The translations under genes and the position numbers were made by a program. 64,000 bases of DNA from Patescibacteria group bacterium (lineage in GTDB: Bacteria > Patescibacteriota > Microgenomatia > UBA12405), in contig WARW01000022.1 in the NCBI GenBank assembly GCA_013387215.1, positions 238,417 through 302,416 on the forward strand. The letters run 5' to 3'. This document shows positions 48,649 through 58,314 of the stretch, piece by piece. Every line of letters starts with the position of its first letter. The stretch's first letter is position 1. The notes below the pieces were generated by a model. That model was not told the origin of the DNA and did no database searches. It worked only from the letters and a program-made list of their open reading frames with translations.

Positions 48649-49896
48649 TTAGTCAAATAATTGTTTTGGCTCATCTGAAATTTTTTCGCTAGGTTTTTCT
48701 GAATCGGGCAAAGCTTGTTGAACTTTATTAAGTTTAGTAACAATAGTTCGCGACTTGGAACTGGCATCTTCAATAACATTACTGGCTTCCTGAAGTTTCT
48801 TTTGAGTCTTAGTTAAAAGCTCACCAAAGATTCCAAATTCTTTGCGGACGGTTCCCAAAACCGACCAGACTTCTGAAGATCTCTTTTCGACAATTAAAGT
48901 TCTGAAGCCCATTTGCAAACTATTTAGCAAGGCAGTAATGGTGTTTGGACCAGCAATGGTGACTCGGTATTGACGCTGTAAAGTATCAATTAAGTTCTGT
49001 TTTTGGGCAATTTCGGCATATAAACCTTCGACTGGCAAATATAAAATGGCAAAATCGGTGGTGTGAGGCGGATCAATATATTTATCAAAAATGCATTTGG
49101 CTTCTGATTTAACTCGGTTTTCCAGGGCTTTGGATAATAATTCTATTTGAACTAAATCGACCGATTCTTGGGCTTTAATGAGAGCCTGATAATCTTCAAG
49201 AGGGAATTTGGAATCGATAGGCAACCAGCATTGTTTTTTATCATCATCTTTTCCAGGAAGTTTGATGGCAAATTCAACTCGGTCGGCACTCCCCTGTTTG
49301 ACGGCCACATTTTTATCATACTGATCATTGGTTAAAATTTGTTCCAAAAGACTGTTTAGTTGAACTTCTCCCCAAGTTCCGCGAACTTTGACATTGGAAA
49401 GAACTTTTTTCAAATCACCTACTCCAACTGCTAGTGTCTGCATTTCACCAAGACCTTTGTAGACTGATTCGAGCTGAGTGCTGACTTGTTTGAAGGATTC
49501 ACCAAGACGTTTTTCCAAAGTCGATTGAAGTTTTTCATCAACAGTGGCCCGCATTTTTTCCAATTGGTCGGAATTATCTTTTTGAATTAATTGCAGCCGT
49601 TTTTCAACTGATTCTCTGACTTGATTAAGATTTAAATTGATATGGTTAACTAATTGATCTAGTTTCATGGAGAAATTATTGAAAGAAGACCCTAGTTCTT
49701 GGCGGTTTAAAGAAAATTCTTCTTTAGTTACCTTTTCATTTCTGTCCTGTATTTCGGTTAATTTTTTAATTATTTCATCGGTGCGGTCGGAAGATTTTCG
49801 ATTTATTAATAAAAATAAAACGAGAGCGTTTAAAACTAATGAAATTATCAGTAAAATTGTGACCATAGTTGATTTTACACTAAGGCTTGAACGCAA
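48649..49896 (-). CDS. rmuC: DNA recombination protein RmuC family
   Basis: 415 aa with an N-terminal TM, a long coiled coil and a C-terminal RmuC-like domain. Confidence 0.7.
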   Translation of the reverse strand: MRSSLSVKSTMVTILLIISLVLNALVLFLLINRKSSDRTDEIIKKLTEIQDRNEKVTKEEFSLNRQELGSSFNNFSMKLDQLVNHINLNLNQVRESVEKRLQLIQKDNSDQLEKMRATVDEKLQSTLEKRLGESFKQVSTQLESVYKGLGEMQTLAVGVGDLKKVLSNVKVRGTWGEVQLNSLLEQILTNDQYDKNVAVKQGSADRVEFAIKLPGKDDDKKQCWLPIDSKFPLEDYQALIKAQESVDLVQIELLSKALENRVKSEAKCIFDKYIDPPHTTDFAILYLPVEGLYAEIAQKQNLIDTLQRQYRVTIAGPNTITALLNSLQMGFRTLIVEKRSSEVWSVLGTVRKEFGIFGELLTKTQKKLQEASNVIEDASSKSRTIVTKLNKVQQALPDSEKPSEKISDEPKQLFD

Positions 49897-49957
49897 AGAA
49901 ACGGATTAATTTTTTGTAATTATTGACACATACATATAAATTGGTTTAGTATTAATT

Positions 49958-50611
49958 ATGACAATAAATACTGCTGAATTAAATCAAATACAAAGTGCTG
50001 AAATTACTGGAAATTCCGAAATAGTGGAAAAATCTAAGAAGGGATTGAAGGTATTAAAAGAAAAACTAGAAAAACTGGGCACAATAGAAAATCTAACCCC
50101 ACTAGATTCACGTCCTTTGGATCCATCTGAAGTACCTGCTTTTAATACAATTTGGAAAGATTTTACTTTTAGTGAAATGGAAAAATGGAGAGCATACTCT
50201 CGCATTCCCGATTGGGAAGGACTTTGGTCAGGACAGACTGATGAAAATGGATTAAGCACTGTCTATGAAATTCACGTAAAAAACGGTGGACATTTAGATA
50301 ATGATAAAGATGGAAAAAATAGAATAGATGAGGTTTTCATAATAAAGACTGTGGGCAGAATGGAAGAACTTGAGTTTTCTACAAAAGAGCCAATTACGAT
50401 TGAATCCGAATTTAAAAAACTAAATCATACACCACCGTTAGATATAAATACTGATGGAGGTTATCAGGTCGCAATTAGGTATGACAGTGCAAAAGGGCTT
50501 TCGAGCAGTACGGCTGAAAATATTAGGCTTGATGTGGGAGCTTCAAGGGACCGCTATGGTCTTCCGAGCGAACCAGAAAAACATATTCACAGTTTATATT
50601 ACAAACTGTAG
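49958..50611 (+). CDS. Hypothetical protein on the plus strand
   Basis: 217-aa ORF with no recognisable motifs. Confidence 0.45.
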   Translation: MTINTAELNQIQSAEITGNSEIVEKSKKGLKVLKEKLEKLGTIENLTPLDSRPLDPSEVPAFNTIWKDFTFSEMEKWRAYSRIPDWEGLWSGQTDENGLSTVYEIHVKNGGHLDNDKDGKNRIDEVFIIKTVGRMEELEFSTKEPITIESEFKKLNHTPPLDINTDGGYQVAIRYDSAKGLSSSTAENIRLDVGASRDRYGLPSEPEKHIHSLYYKL

Positions 50612-51159
50612 TTTTTTTTCTGGATTATATTTTTAATCTCTTGCCTAATTGATTCGATTTGGGCGATTCTGTCATTATCTTCAACAATTTGTTCGGCAGT
50701 TCTTGGCTGATTTTCATTTAAATTATACTGATAAATGATACTATCAACACATCCAAATAGAGGTTGATCTAGGCTGGAAATTTGATCAGTAATGGCATGT
50801 TTAACAGTGCCATCATAAAGTGTAACCTCAACTGGAACAAATTTACGCCATCCTCCTACTTCTTCCCAATCTTTTAATTTGGAAAATTCTTCTGGTGTAA
50901 GCTGCCAAAAGATACCAGTAACCAACCCATTGCCAGGAATAATTGTATAAGCTAAAAATTTTTTTCCCCAGACTGTTTTAAGAATACTTTTAGCAGGTTC
51001 CGGTATTTGATTAAGGGTTTGGATAGCTAATTTGGAGTTATAAATCAGACCACCAATTTTTTTCTCCGGCAAGTGACCAATAATTTCCTTAATTCTATTT
51101 GGATTAGCATTAGCTCCATAACCAAAATAGGATATATAGTCCATAAAAAAGTATAACAA
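50599..51159 (-). CDS. Gamma-glutamyl cyclotransferase-like (AIG2/GGCT fold) protein
   Basis: N-terminal YFGYGANANPNRI matches the GGCT YFxYGSNxN motif. Confidence 0.65.
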   Translation of the reverse strand: MLYFFMDYISYFGYGANANPNRIKEIIGHLPEKKIGGLIYNSKLAIQTLNQIPEPAKSILKTVWGKKFLAYTIIPGNGLVTGIFWQLTPEEFSKLKDWEEVGGWRKFVPVEVTLYDGTVKHAITDQISSLDQPLFGCVDSIIYQYNLNENQPRTAEQIVEDNDRIAQIESIRQEIKNIIQKKNYSL

Positions 51160-51201
51160 AGTAATATTAGTTACATGGGAAGATGATATTTAAAATAGAA
51201 A

Positions 51202-51636
51202 TTACTTCTTTCCTGTGGTACCAAAGCCGCCGCGATCGGTTAAGCCAGGCATGGTCTCGACTTCTTCAACCTCAAACGTTTCGCATTTGATTAACAATAA
51301 TTGGGTTAATCTGGTGCCTTTGGTGACTTCGACTGGTTTGTCGGTGAAATTGTAGGCGGCAAATTGGTATTCATCGTTTTCGCCACAATAATCGCGATCA
51401 AAAATTCCAATACTATTCACTGCCATTAAACCAAGTTTATGAGTGGAACTTCTGGGAGCCTGCAAAATAAAATAGTCGTCAGGGATTTTTATAGCTACAT
51501 TCATGGGAATATATTCGATTTGTTTTGGTTGAATAGTAATATCGATTCGGGAGCAGAGATCAACTGCAACGGCGCCTGGAGTTTTATGCAAAGGCAACGG
51601 TAACGATTTATCAAAACGTTTGATTTGAATTTTCAT
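51202..51636 (-). CDS. dut: dUTP diphosphatase
   Basis: 144 aa. The C-terminus RGGFGTTG is dUTPase motif 5, in a ~145-aa beta-barrel-sized protein. Confidence 0.8.
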   Translation of the reverse strand: MKIQIKRFDKSLPLPLHKTPGAVAVDLCSRIDITIQPKQIEYIPMNVAIKIPDDYFILQAPRSSTHKLGLMAVNSIGIFDRDYCGENDEYQFAAYNFTDKPVEVTKGTRLTQLLLIKCETFEVEEVETMPGLTDRGGFGTTGKK

Positions 51637-51640
51637 TGGA

Positions 51641-54600
51641 TTATTTTAACAAGGCATGAAGGTCTTGGTCATCACGACAATCTTCGCCAAGAGAATTAAA
51701 TTCGAGGTTTATAATTTTTTTATAGATATCCTTGATTAGAGTTTCCAATTCTTTTATCTGCTCTTCAGTAATTTTGAAATCTTTTTTGACAAAATTATTT
51801 TTAAGCTTGCTTTTTTGAACAAAATCAATCGACCCTGAGACAACATTATATTTAAAGTTAGGATTATTATCGGCTAAGATTTTATAGAAAACTAATTGGC
51901 GGAAATATTCTCCATTTTCTTTTAGTTCTTTTGATTTAGTATCGGGATTACCAGTTTTGAAATCCACCACATTGGCATCGGGCTTACCATTACTATTCAT
52001 CCCTAGTACTTCAATTTTGTCGATTTTACCAGTTAAAGGAATATCTCCCAGATGAACATGGTCGTGGCTGAAATCGTATTCAGTTACGCAATCGCAATCA
52101 AAAGTGTCTTTGTAATTTTGATAATAAGAGGCCAAAATTTCCTGACCACGGCTTAAACTTTCAGAAAATTCCAAATGGCTTAAATTTTCTCTTAATAAAT
52201 ATTTATTAAATGAATTTAATAAATCAGCTTCGGAAATTAGTTTTTTGGTTTCTTTTAGTTTGTCGAAAAGATAAGATAATGAGTTGTGAACAGCCGTACC
52301 TAGGGCGGAATGTTTATTTTTTAGAGCAGGGATTCTTAAAATAGTTTTATGATAAAAACACCATGGACAACGTAGATAAGAATTGAGATGAGTGACATTA
52401 AATTTGTATTCATTGGTTAAATACCAACGTAAATATTTTTCCAGTTGATTATCGGTGATAAACGGTTTTGGATCCAAAGGCATTGAGGCAAGCAGTGCCA
52501 ACTTTTCAATATTGGGATCGGCCACTACATTTTCAATTGATTCAGGATTAATTTCGGAGGCAAAAAGTGAGGGAATCTGATCGCGGCCAGAATCGCTTTT
52601 GCAGGAGAAAGAGATATAAACTTGGTTTTTAGCCCGAGTCAGAGCCACATAAAATAATCTTCTTTCATCTTCATTTTCGTCGATTGCCTGGCGCAAGAGT
52701 TCAGTTTTTAAGATTCCATATGGCAAACGGATGTTGCTAAATTGAGTATTATTTCCCCACTTTTTATCAACACATTTGATTAAAAATACATGTTCAAATT
52801 CCAAACCTTTAGACCGATGTGTGGTCATAATGTTTATGGCATCTTCATATTCAGAGTTAAGTTCAGGTGCTGACAAGGGAATTTTATTTTCAACTAATAG
52901 GTTTATTCGAGCAATGAATTGAGGCAAATCGTAGTTTTTAGTGAGAGAAAGTCGTTTTAGTTCAGAGTAAAAAACATTTAAATGGTTAATAACAAAAAAG
53001 TCATTTAAGCTTAATATATAACTTAGATAACCGAATTTACGGATAAATTTATTATAAAAAGTATCCAGACTATAGTTATCTAGCCATTTGATGGCTTTGG
53101 CCATTCTGACAGAAAAATTGCTGATTTTAGTAATAGTGCTAGGACGAAGTTTAGGACTAATTAGCAACAATTTTTCTTTGTCGGCAATTAATTCCGAAAG
53201 ACTTATATGTTCATGATAAGCAAAACGTAAAATCTTTAAAAGATCATAAGAATTAATATTGAGGAAATCAAAAGATAGAATATGAAAAAGAACGTTGTCA
53301 TCGGAAGGATTGTTGACATAAGCCAGAAGCTTAATTAATTGCTGAATCCGAACATCTTCCAAAATATTTTCTCCGAAACCAAGATGATATTTAATCCCAA
53401 GATTGGTTAATGTTTCAACAAGATCAATAATATCGCTGTTATTTCTGACCAGAACCGCAATTTCACTGGGCTTAGTTCCTGATTCAATTAATTTTTTAAT
53501 TTTATTAGCAACGTAATAGTTTTCTTCCAAAACACTTTTGGCTTGAAATAAATTTATGGGAGTCGGGTCAAAAGTTTTGCTAGAGACTAGGGATTTGTCG
53601 AGGTTTTCAATAAAATTGGCAATACGATTTTTATTATTATCGATGACGGATTTTGAAGAATCCAAAATTAATTGGTGGCTGCGATAATTATTTTTAAGAA
53701 CAATCAGTTTAATTTGAGCTTTGTATAAAAGATAGAATTCATAAATATTTTCGATAGCGGCACCTTGGAATCGAAAAATTGATTGATCATCATCACCGAC
53801 CACAAAAAGATTAGGATTTTCAAAATAAGAACCAAGAAGATGAATTATTTGGTTTTGAGCCGAATTGGTGTCCTGATATTCGTCGACCAAAATATATTGA
53901 AATCTTTCTTGATAAGAAGCCAAGAGATCTTTGTTTTCTTTGAATTGATTTAAGACAAATAAGATCATGTCATCAAAATCGTAACGGCCACGTTTTTTGA
54001 GCTCAGCTTGATATTCAGTGTATATATTTAATAATTCAAATTGTTTAGGAATATCTTTGGCTAGATTTTCGAAATATTTTATTAAAGCGTTTTTGTAGTT
54101 AACGGCCGGACTTTTAGCAGCACCAATATCGTAAAATCCATTTTTATAGAGTTCTTGATAATAGTTAATTAGGGCAAAAATAGAGGGGAACTTGGAGGCA
54201 ATTTTTTTGGCATTTTCAACAATCGGCAAAAGTTCCGATTCTAGACTTTTACTGGCTTTTAGAGCTTTGATTTGGCAATAAACATCGTTGGTTAAATCTA
54301 AATATTTTTTTTGATCATTAATTAAAGTTTCGAGTTTTGCTGGAATAATATTTTCTCTTTTTAAAGTTTGAATACAAGAAATGATGTCGCGCTGATAATA
54401 AAAATGATCGCCCCAAGGTTTTAAAATTGAACCGTCTTTGAGATTTTCAATTATATTTTGGATTATTTCAATTTTTTCCAGTTCTTCCAGAGAATCAATA
54501 TCTTTTGCAAAGATAAATGATTCCGGATTAGTTTTAATGACTTCGTTGCAAAAAGAATGGAAGGTGTGGATTTTAATACTATAGGCAACTGGACCAATAA

Positions 54601-54847
54601 TATTTAATAGGCGCTGGCGCATAGCAACGGTGCCAGTTTCAGTGAAGGTGAGACACAAAATGCTTTGGGGTGGAGTTTGAGTTTTGAGAAGAATATTGGC
54701 AATTCTTAAGGCAATAGTTTGGGTTTTACCAGTTCCCGCTCCAGCAATAACCATAACTGGACCTTCGATAGTGTCGACAGCCAGTTTTTGTTCGGCGTTA
54801 AGCTTCTGATATTCGGAATTAAATTTTTCTTGGCTAATTTTTTCCAC
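51641..54847 (-). CDS. UvrD/PcrA-family SF1 helicase fused to a C-terminal RecB-like (PD-(D/E)xK, Cas4/AddB-type) nuclease domain
   Basis: Walker A AGAGTGKT, VDEYQDTN, and TTHRSKGLEFEHVFL (motifs V/VI). The C-terminal ~300 aa contain IDKIE...VVDFKTG (D...(D/E)xK) and Cys residues (CPWC...DCDC...C) compatible with an Fe-S nuclease module. Confidence 0.8.
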   Translation of the reverse strand: MEKISQEKFNSEYQKLNAEQKLAVDTIEGPVMVIAGAGTGKTQTIALRIANILLKTQTPPQSILCLTFTETGTVAMRQRLLNIIGPVAYSIKIHTFHSFCNEVIKTNPESFIFAKDIDSLEELEKIEIIQNIIENLKDGSILKPWGDHFYYQRDIISCIQTLKRENIIPAKLETLINDQKKYLDLTNDVYCQIKALKASKSLESELLPIVENAKKIASKFPSIFALINYYQELYKNGFYDIGAAKSPAVNYKNALIKYFENLAKDIPKQFELLNIYTEYQAELKKRGRYDFDDMILFVLNQFKENKDLLASYQERFQYILVDEYQDTNSAQNQIIHLLGSYFENPNLFVVGDDDQSIFRFQGAAIENIYEFYLLYKAQIKLIVLKNNYRSHQLILDSSKSVIDNNKNRIANFIENLDKSLVSSKTFDPTPINLFQAKSVLEENYYVANKIKKLIESGTKPSEIAVLVRNNSDIIDLVETLTNLGIKYHLGFGENILEDVRIQQLIKLLAYVNNPSDDNVLFHILSFDFLNINSYDLLKILRFAYHEHISLSELIADKEKLLLISPKLRPSTITKISNFSVRMAKAIKWLDNYSLDTFYNKFIRKFGYLSYILSLNDFFVINHLNVFYSELKRLSLTKNYDLPQFIARINLLVENKIPLSAPELNSEYEDAINIMTTHRSKGLEFEHVFLIKCVDKKWGNNTQFSNIRLPYGILKTELLRQAIDENEDERRLFYVALTRAKNQVYISFSCKSDSGRDQIPSLFASEINPESIENVVADPNIEKLALLASMPLDPKPFITDNQLEKYLRWYLTNEYKFNVTHLNSYLRCPWCFYHKTILRIPALKNKHSALGTAVHNSLSYLFDKLKETKKLISEADLLNSFNKYLLRENLSHLEFSESLSRGQEILASYYQNYKDTFDCDCVTEYDFSHDHVHLGDIPLTGKIDKIEVLGMNSNGKPDANVVDFKTGNPDTKSKELKENGEYFRQLVFYKILADNNPNFKYNVVSGSIDFVQKSKLKNNFVKKDFKITEEQIKELETLIKDIYKKIINLEFNSLGEDCRDDQDLHALLK

Positions 54848-55084
54848 TACCCTATTTTACCAAGCGGAGCTGTATTAGCGCGAATACAATTTGATGACAG
54901 TAACGGCAATGATGACAAAGGAACAAAGCACAATAAGAAAAAATTGATTATTCTCGTCTACTTTCTTTTTATTTTTTTTGGGCATAAATAATTGTAAACA
55001 AACGATTGGTAAAAAACAATGTAAGCAAAAAAAATACCCGCCAAGTTGTTTTTATAAAAAAACAATTGGCAGGTTTGCCTCAAT

Positions 55085-55453
55085 TTATTGGATGATGCGT
55101 TCTATGGTGAATTTGGAAAAATTTGGTTCATTACCCAATAAGGGTTTATAACCTAGAGACATCAAAAGCGGCGCAGAGAGATTGATAATATACCAACGGG
55201 TTTCGGATTGAATAAGGTTGATACCATTGAAAATTTGATCAGCATCGACTTCTATAGTTTCGATTTCGCCCTTTTTTTCAAATACACGATTTTGTATTTG
55301 ACTTATTAAGGCTTTAATTATCTTTTGTGCTTTCTGACAAGTCCCCTGTTCAGTGATCAGCTTGTTGATCTGCTGTTCCCGACTTGTAATTTGGTTTTCA
55401 AAGTAAGAAACGATTTTATTGTCGGAGCTTTCATTTTGGTCCATAAAAACCAC
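55085..55453 (-). CDS. Hypothetical small protein
   Basis: 122-aa ORF with the SD GAAAGGTGG and its own TTGACA-16-TAAAAT promoter. Confidence 0.5.
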   Translation of the reverse strand: MVFMDQNESSDNKIVSYFENQITSREQQINKLITEQGTCQKAQKIIKALISQIQNRVFEKKGEIETIEVDADQIFNGINLIQSETRWYIINLSAPLLMSLGYKPLLGNEPNFSKFTIERIIQ

Positions 55454-55493
55454 CTTTCACATTTTATTAAATTGAGATTTAAGGTACAGCGGG

Positions 55494-55521
55494 ATTTTAC
55501 CTTATTTTAGGAAAATGTCAA
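55494..55521 (-). promoter_or_regulatory. Promoter TTGACA-N16-TAAAAT for the gene at 55085..55453
   Basis: On the minus strand, TTGACA is the revcomp of 55516-55521 and TAAAAT the revcomp of 55494-55499. Confidence 0.45.
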
Positions 55522-55525
55522 AAAT

Positions 55526-56257
55526 TTAATAAATTAATTTGATGTGCGTAGGTAATATTTTGGAAAGGCGATCGATTTCTGTTTGGCTTATTGAAGAACT
55601 TCTAACGTCGAGTTCCTCTAGTGCAGCCATGTTTTTAATTCCATCGGGCAGAACCGCAATTTGAGTTCCTAAAATTGATAATTTTTTAAGTTTTTTTAGT
55701 TTTAGAATGCTTTGAGGAAAATCGGTTAAAGGATTAAAAGACAAATCTAGTTCTTCAAGATTTTGCAAATCTCCAAGTGAATCAGCAACAGTGCTAATTC
55801 GATTTGAACTTAAGGACAAATACTTGAGATTATCTAAACTGCCAAGCGGAGCTGGGATGGAAGTTAAGGAACCGTCAATATTGTGAAGATACTCAAGTTT
55901 TTTCAAACTAGAAATCTGGGGAGGGATTGTATGAATTGAAATGCGGCAAAGCTCTAAATATTTCAAATTAGTATACTGAGAAATTTCTTTTAATAAAAGA
56001 AAATCATCGCCTTGAAAAGCATAATGACCGGTACATAAATCTATTTTTATTACTTTAGCCGGATCTTTTAGAGCTTCTTCGCGATTCGAATCAGGGGTCG
56101 CGTCAACAATTTCCTGAATCGTTTTGACTGAATTAGAAACTGGTTTTTTAGGACTGACAATAATCGGTGTTGAGGAGTTAATAAAATAAATTGCAAAAAA
56201 CATAAAAACACAAAAGCCAGATAAAAGTAAAATAAATCCGTTTTTATGGTTTCGCAT
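55526..56257 (-). CDS. Leucine-rich-repeat (LRR) protein with an N-terminal membrane anchor
   Basis: N-terminal TM, then tandem LxxLxLxxN repeats (LEELDLSFNPLTDFP, LKKLSILGTQIAVLP...). Confidence 0.75.
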   Translation of the reverse strand: MRNHKNGFILLLSGFCVFMFFAIYFINSSTPIIVSPKKPVSNSVKTIQEIVDATPDSNREEALKDPAKVIKIDLCTGHYAFQGDDFLLLKEISQYTNLKYLELCRISIHTIPPQISSLKKLEYLHNIDGSLTSIPAPLGSLDNLKYLSLSSNRISTVADSLGDLQNLEELDLSFNPLTDFPQSILKLKKLKKLSILGTQIAVLPDGIKNMAALEELDVRSSSISQTEIDRLSKILPTHIKLIY

Positions 56258-56357
56258 AAATTAATTATGCAATAAATTTAAAATAAAAACACTTTTTGAT
56301 AAAAAAACCCGCTAAAAGCAAAATGTTTAGCGGGTTTGGCCCAGATCCATATAGTTT

Positions 56358-56675
56358 TTAGTAATTACTTATAGTAATAACTTTTTCTTCAAACATTTTA
56401 TGGGGTGTCTGGTAGGGTAAAGAAAGTTGATAATACTTTTTTAAATAATCCTTAATAATAGGAACCACCAGATCATGAAAATTGTCTATTGTCATGTCAC
56501 TTTTAATAAACTGAGAAATTTTAATTTCAACTTTTTTCTTTTCTTCTGTTTTAAAGTTTTCCAGAATAGTTGGAATTATTTCTTTGGCTATGCCAATGAC
56601 ATAGACTTCTCTTTGATGGTCGTTTAAATGAAGGTTAAGGTTATCAAAATAAGTATCCGAATTAGATTTTTCCAA
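56358..56675 (-). CDS. Hypothetical small protein with a TTG start
   Basis: 105-aa ORF with the SD AAAGGAGG 8 nt before TTG, and its own promoter and terminator. Confidence 0.45.
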   Translation of the reverse strand: MEKSNSDTYFDNLNLHLNDHQREVYVIGIAKEIIPTILENFKTEEKKKVEIKISQFIKSDMTIDNFHDLVVPIIKDYLKKYYQLSLPYQTPHKMFEEKVITISNY

Positions 56676-56744
56676 GATACTCGCCTCCTTTCTTTTGTTT
56701 AGTTTAATGTGCCTTATTTAAGCGCTTTTGCTTAAAGTATGGGG

Positions 56745-56772
56745 ATTTTACAGGAATATTTTAGAAAGTCAA
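56745..56772 (-). promoter_or_regulatory. Promoter TTGACT-N16-TAAAAT for the gene at 56358..56675
   Basis: On the minus strand, TTGACT is the revcomp of 56767-56772 and TAAAAT the revcomp of 56745-56750. Confidence 0.45.
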
Positions 56773-56819
56773 AAAAAACCCGCTAAATTTTTTATTTTTA
56801 GCGAGTAAGGACTCAAAAA

Positions 56820-57188
56820 CTAAGATTGGGGTAGATTAAAATTTATGTAACCATTATAGAATTCGGTTTTTACTTCGATACCAAATTTTGGTTTTAAGAT
56901 TTCTTCGAATTTCAATTTCAAACTTTTTACCGATTCTTGGTCGTAATGGACGTGGGCTATTTTAAAAGCCTCCATCAAATCGACTCGAACTCTTTTGGAA
57001 CCTTTTTTGATTTGTTTCTTGTGAACCAAATCTTCAATGAATGTCGTTAAAAGCCAAATTTGAGAAAGAGACTTATCGGTTTTGCCGTTTTTTTCGCATT
57101 CATCAAGGATTTGTTTTTTTACTTGAGTAATTACGAGTTTGAATTCATTGGGATGAGACAACTTTATTATATTGTCCATATATATCAC
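56820..57188 (-). CDS. Hypothetical small protein, a paralog of 57343..57717
   Basis: 122 aa. Shared block: RVRVDLMEAFKIAHVHYD against FVQVDLAKAFELSGIIYS. The 5' UTR and promoter are also duplicated. Confidence 0.5.
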   Translation of the reverse strand: MIYMDNIIKLSHPNEFKLVITQVKKQILDECEKNGKTDKSLSQIWLLTTFIEDLVHKKQIKKGSKRVRVDLMEAFKIAHVHYDQESVKSLKLKFEEILKPKFGIEVKTEFYNGYINFNLPQS

Positions 57189-57262
57189 CTTTCTTTCTTC
57201 TACCTTTATATATTAGTTGTTGAGTTAAAGAGCAATTTTTTGGCGCATTTGCCAGGTGCGTT

Positions 57263-57290
57263 ATTTTAGCCTATTTTTTGGTAATGTCAA
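57263..57290 (-). promoter_or_regulatory. Promoter TTGACA-N16-TAAAAT for the gene at 56820..57188
   Basis: On the minus strand, TTGACA is the revcomp of 57285-57290 and TAAAAT the revcomp of 57263-57268. Confidence 0.45.
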
Positions 57291-57342
57291 AAAAATACCC
57301 CCAAAAGATTTTTATACTTTTAGAGGTCAAGATCTCAACGCG

Positions 57343-57717
57343 TTAAATAAAAGTAAATTCAAGAATTTTTTTGGGATAATTGATGGTGATTAACATGTCA
57401 TATTTTTGGCAAAGCATGGCTTCAATTTTGTCTTTACATTTTATAGCTAGGGTTGTACTGTAAATTATTCCGGATAGTTCAAAAGCTTTTGCAAGATCGA
57501 CTTGGACAAAATATTGATGTCTAAATAATTTTTTGTGTCTTAACTGAAATTCAATACCATTTATTATCATCCAAATCTTTTCCAATTCTTGAATCGATTC
57601 AACTGATTCTTTTGAGTCGTTTTTCTTTTGTTGATATTCCTTTTGTATATCTGTACAAATATTTAAAAATATTTGTTTCAACTCGACGGCTGAAAATATT
57701 TTTTCAAGTTGTTCCAT
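57343..57717 (-). CDS. Hypothetical small protein, a paralog of 56820..57188
   Basis: 124 aa. See the paralog entry above. Confidence 0.5.
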   Translation of the reverse strand: MEQLEKIFSAVELKQIFLNICTDIQKEYQQKKNDSKESVESIQELEKIWMIINGIEFQLRHKKLFRHQYFVQVDLAKAFELSGIIYSTTLAIKCKDKIEAMLCQKYDMLITINYPKKILEFTFI

Positions 57718-57784
57718 AAAACACCTACTTTCTTTTTGGGCGTTGAGTTAAAGAGCGATTTGGCGCGTTTACCAAAGTTGAATG

Positions 57785-57812
57785 ATTTTACATTAGTTCT
57801 GGCCAAAGTCAA
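57785..57812 (-). promoter_or_regulatory. Promoter TTGACT-N16-TAAAAT for the gene at 57343..57717
   Basis: On the minus strand, TTGACT is the revcomp of 57807-57812 and TAAAAT the revcomp of 57785-57790. Confidence 0.45.
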
Positions 57813-57818
57813 AAAAAT

Positions 57819-57843
57819 ACCCGTCAAAGATTTTATGACGGGT
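57819..57843 (-). terminator. Hairpin terminator after the gene at 57870..58274
   Basis: ACCCGTCAAAGATTTTATGACGGGT. On the minus strand the hairpin is followed by ATTTTTTTGACTTT. The same hairpin-plus-tail module recurs at about 56776-56805 and about 56296-56338. Confidence 0.5.
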
Positions 57844-57869
57844 TAGACCCAAAAAAATTAGAGAAAAAA

Positions 57870-58274
57870 TTAGGTTAACCTAATTCGTATAGTATCTTTT
57901 TCTTTATCAATCGTAATCCAATTACATTTTTCAGTTAAAGTTTCGTCTATCGATGGATAACTTGGACCAGATGCCCGCCTGATCCGACGACAGATATTTT
58001 CCCAGTGAGGTATTTCTACTTCATTCTCACTAATTCTTCTTTTATTAATACGGTTGTCTGACAAGACAGGGATTATAAATCCTAAAAAGAACGCGGCCCA
58101 ACCAGCACTGCAGCATTCTAACTTTAATCTTTCTAAAATAACGGCTTTTTCTTGTCTCTCTTTTTCTAGGGCATCTTTTGAATTTTCAACTTTAGCAGAA
58201 AACAAATCATTAGTCATATTCACACCTCCCAATTCTCTAATTTTAAAAATGTGCAATTTTGGAGCTATTTCCAA
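57870..58274 (-). CDS. Hypothetical small protein. The likely true start is MTNDLF at about 58215.
   Basis: The SD GGGAGGTG is 5 nt before the internal ATG, and the upstream extension overlaps the promoter. Confidence 0.45.
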   Translation of the reverse strand: MEIAPKLHIFKIRELGGVNMTNDLFSAKVENSKDALEKERQEKAVILERLKLECCSAGWAAFFLGFIIPVLSDNRINKRRISENEVEIPHWENICRRIRRASGPSYPSIDETLTEKCNWITIDKEKDTIRIRLT

Positions 58275-58281
58275 TTTAGTG

Positions 58282-58309
58282 ATTTTAGCCTAAAATCGGG
58301 AAAAGTCAA
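58282..58309 (-). promoter_or_regulatory. Promoter TTGACT-N16-TAAAAT for the gene at 57870..58274
   Basis: On the minus strand, TTGACT is the revcomp of 58304-58309 and TAAAAT the revcomp of 58282-58287. Confidence 0.45.
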
Positions 58310-58314
58310 AAGAA

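Noticed and set aside
55022-55075. Another copy of the terminator-promoter module
   Set aside because: AAAAAAATACCCGCCAAGTTGTTTTT...AAACAATTGGCAGG is only an imperfect hairpin downstream of gene 55085..55453. It is probably just that gene's terminator, so it is not listed as a separate feature.
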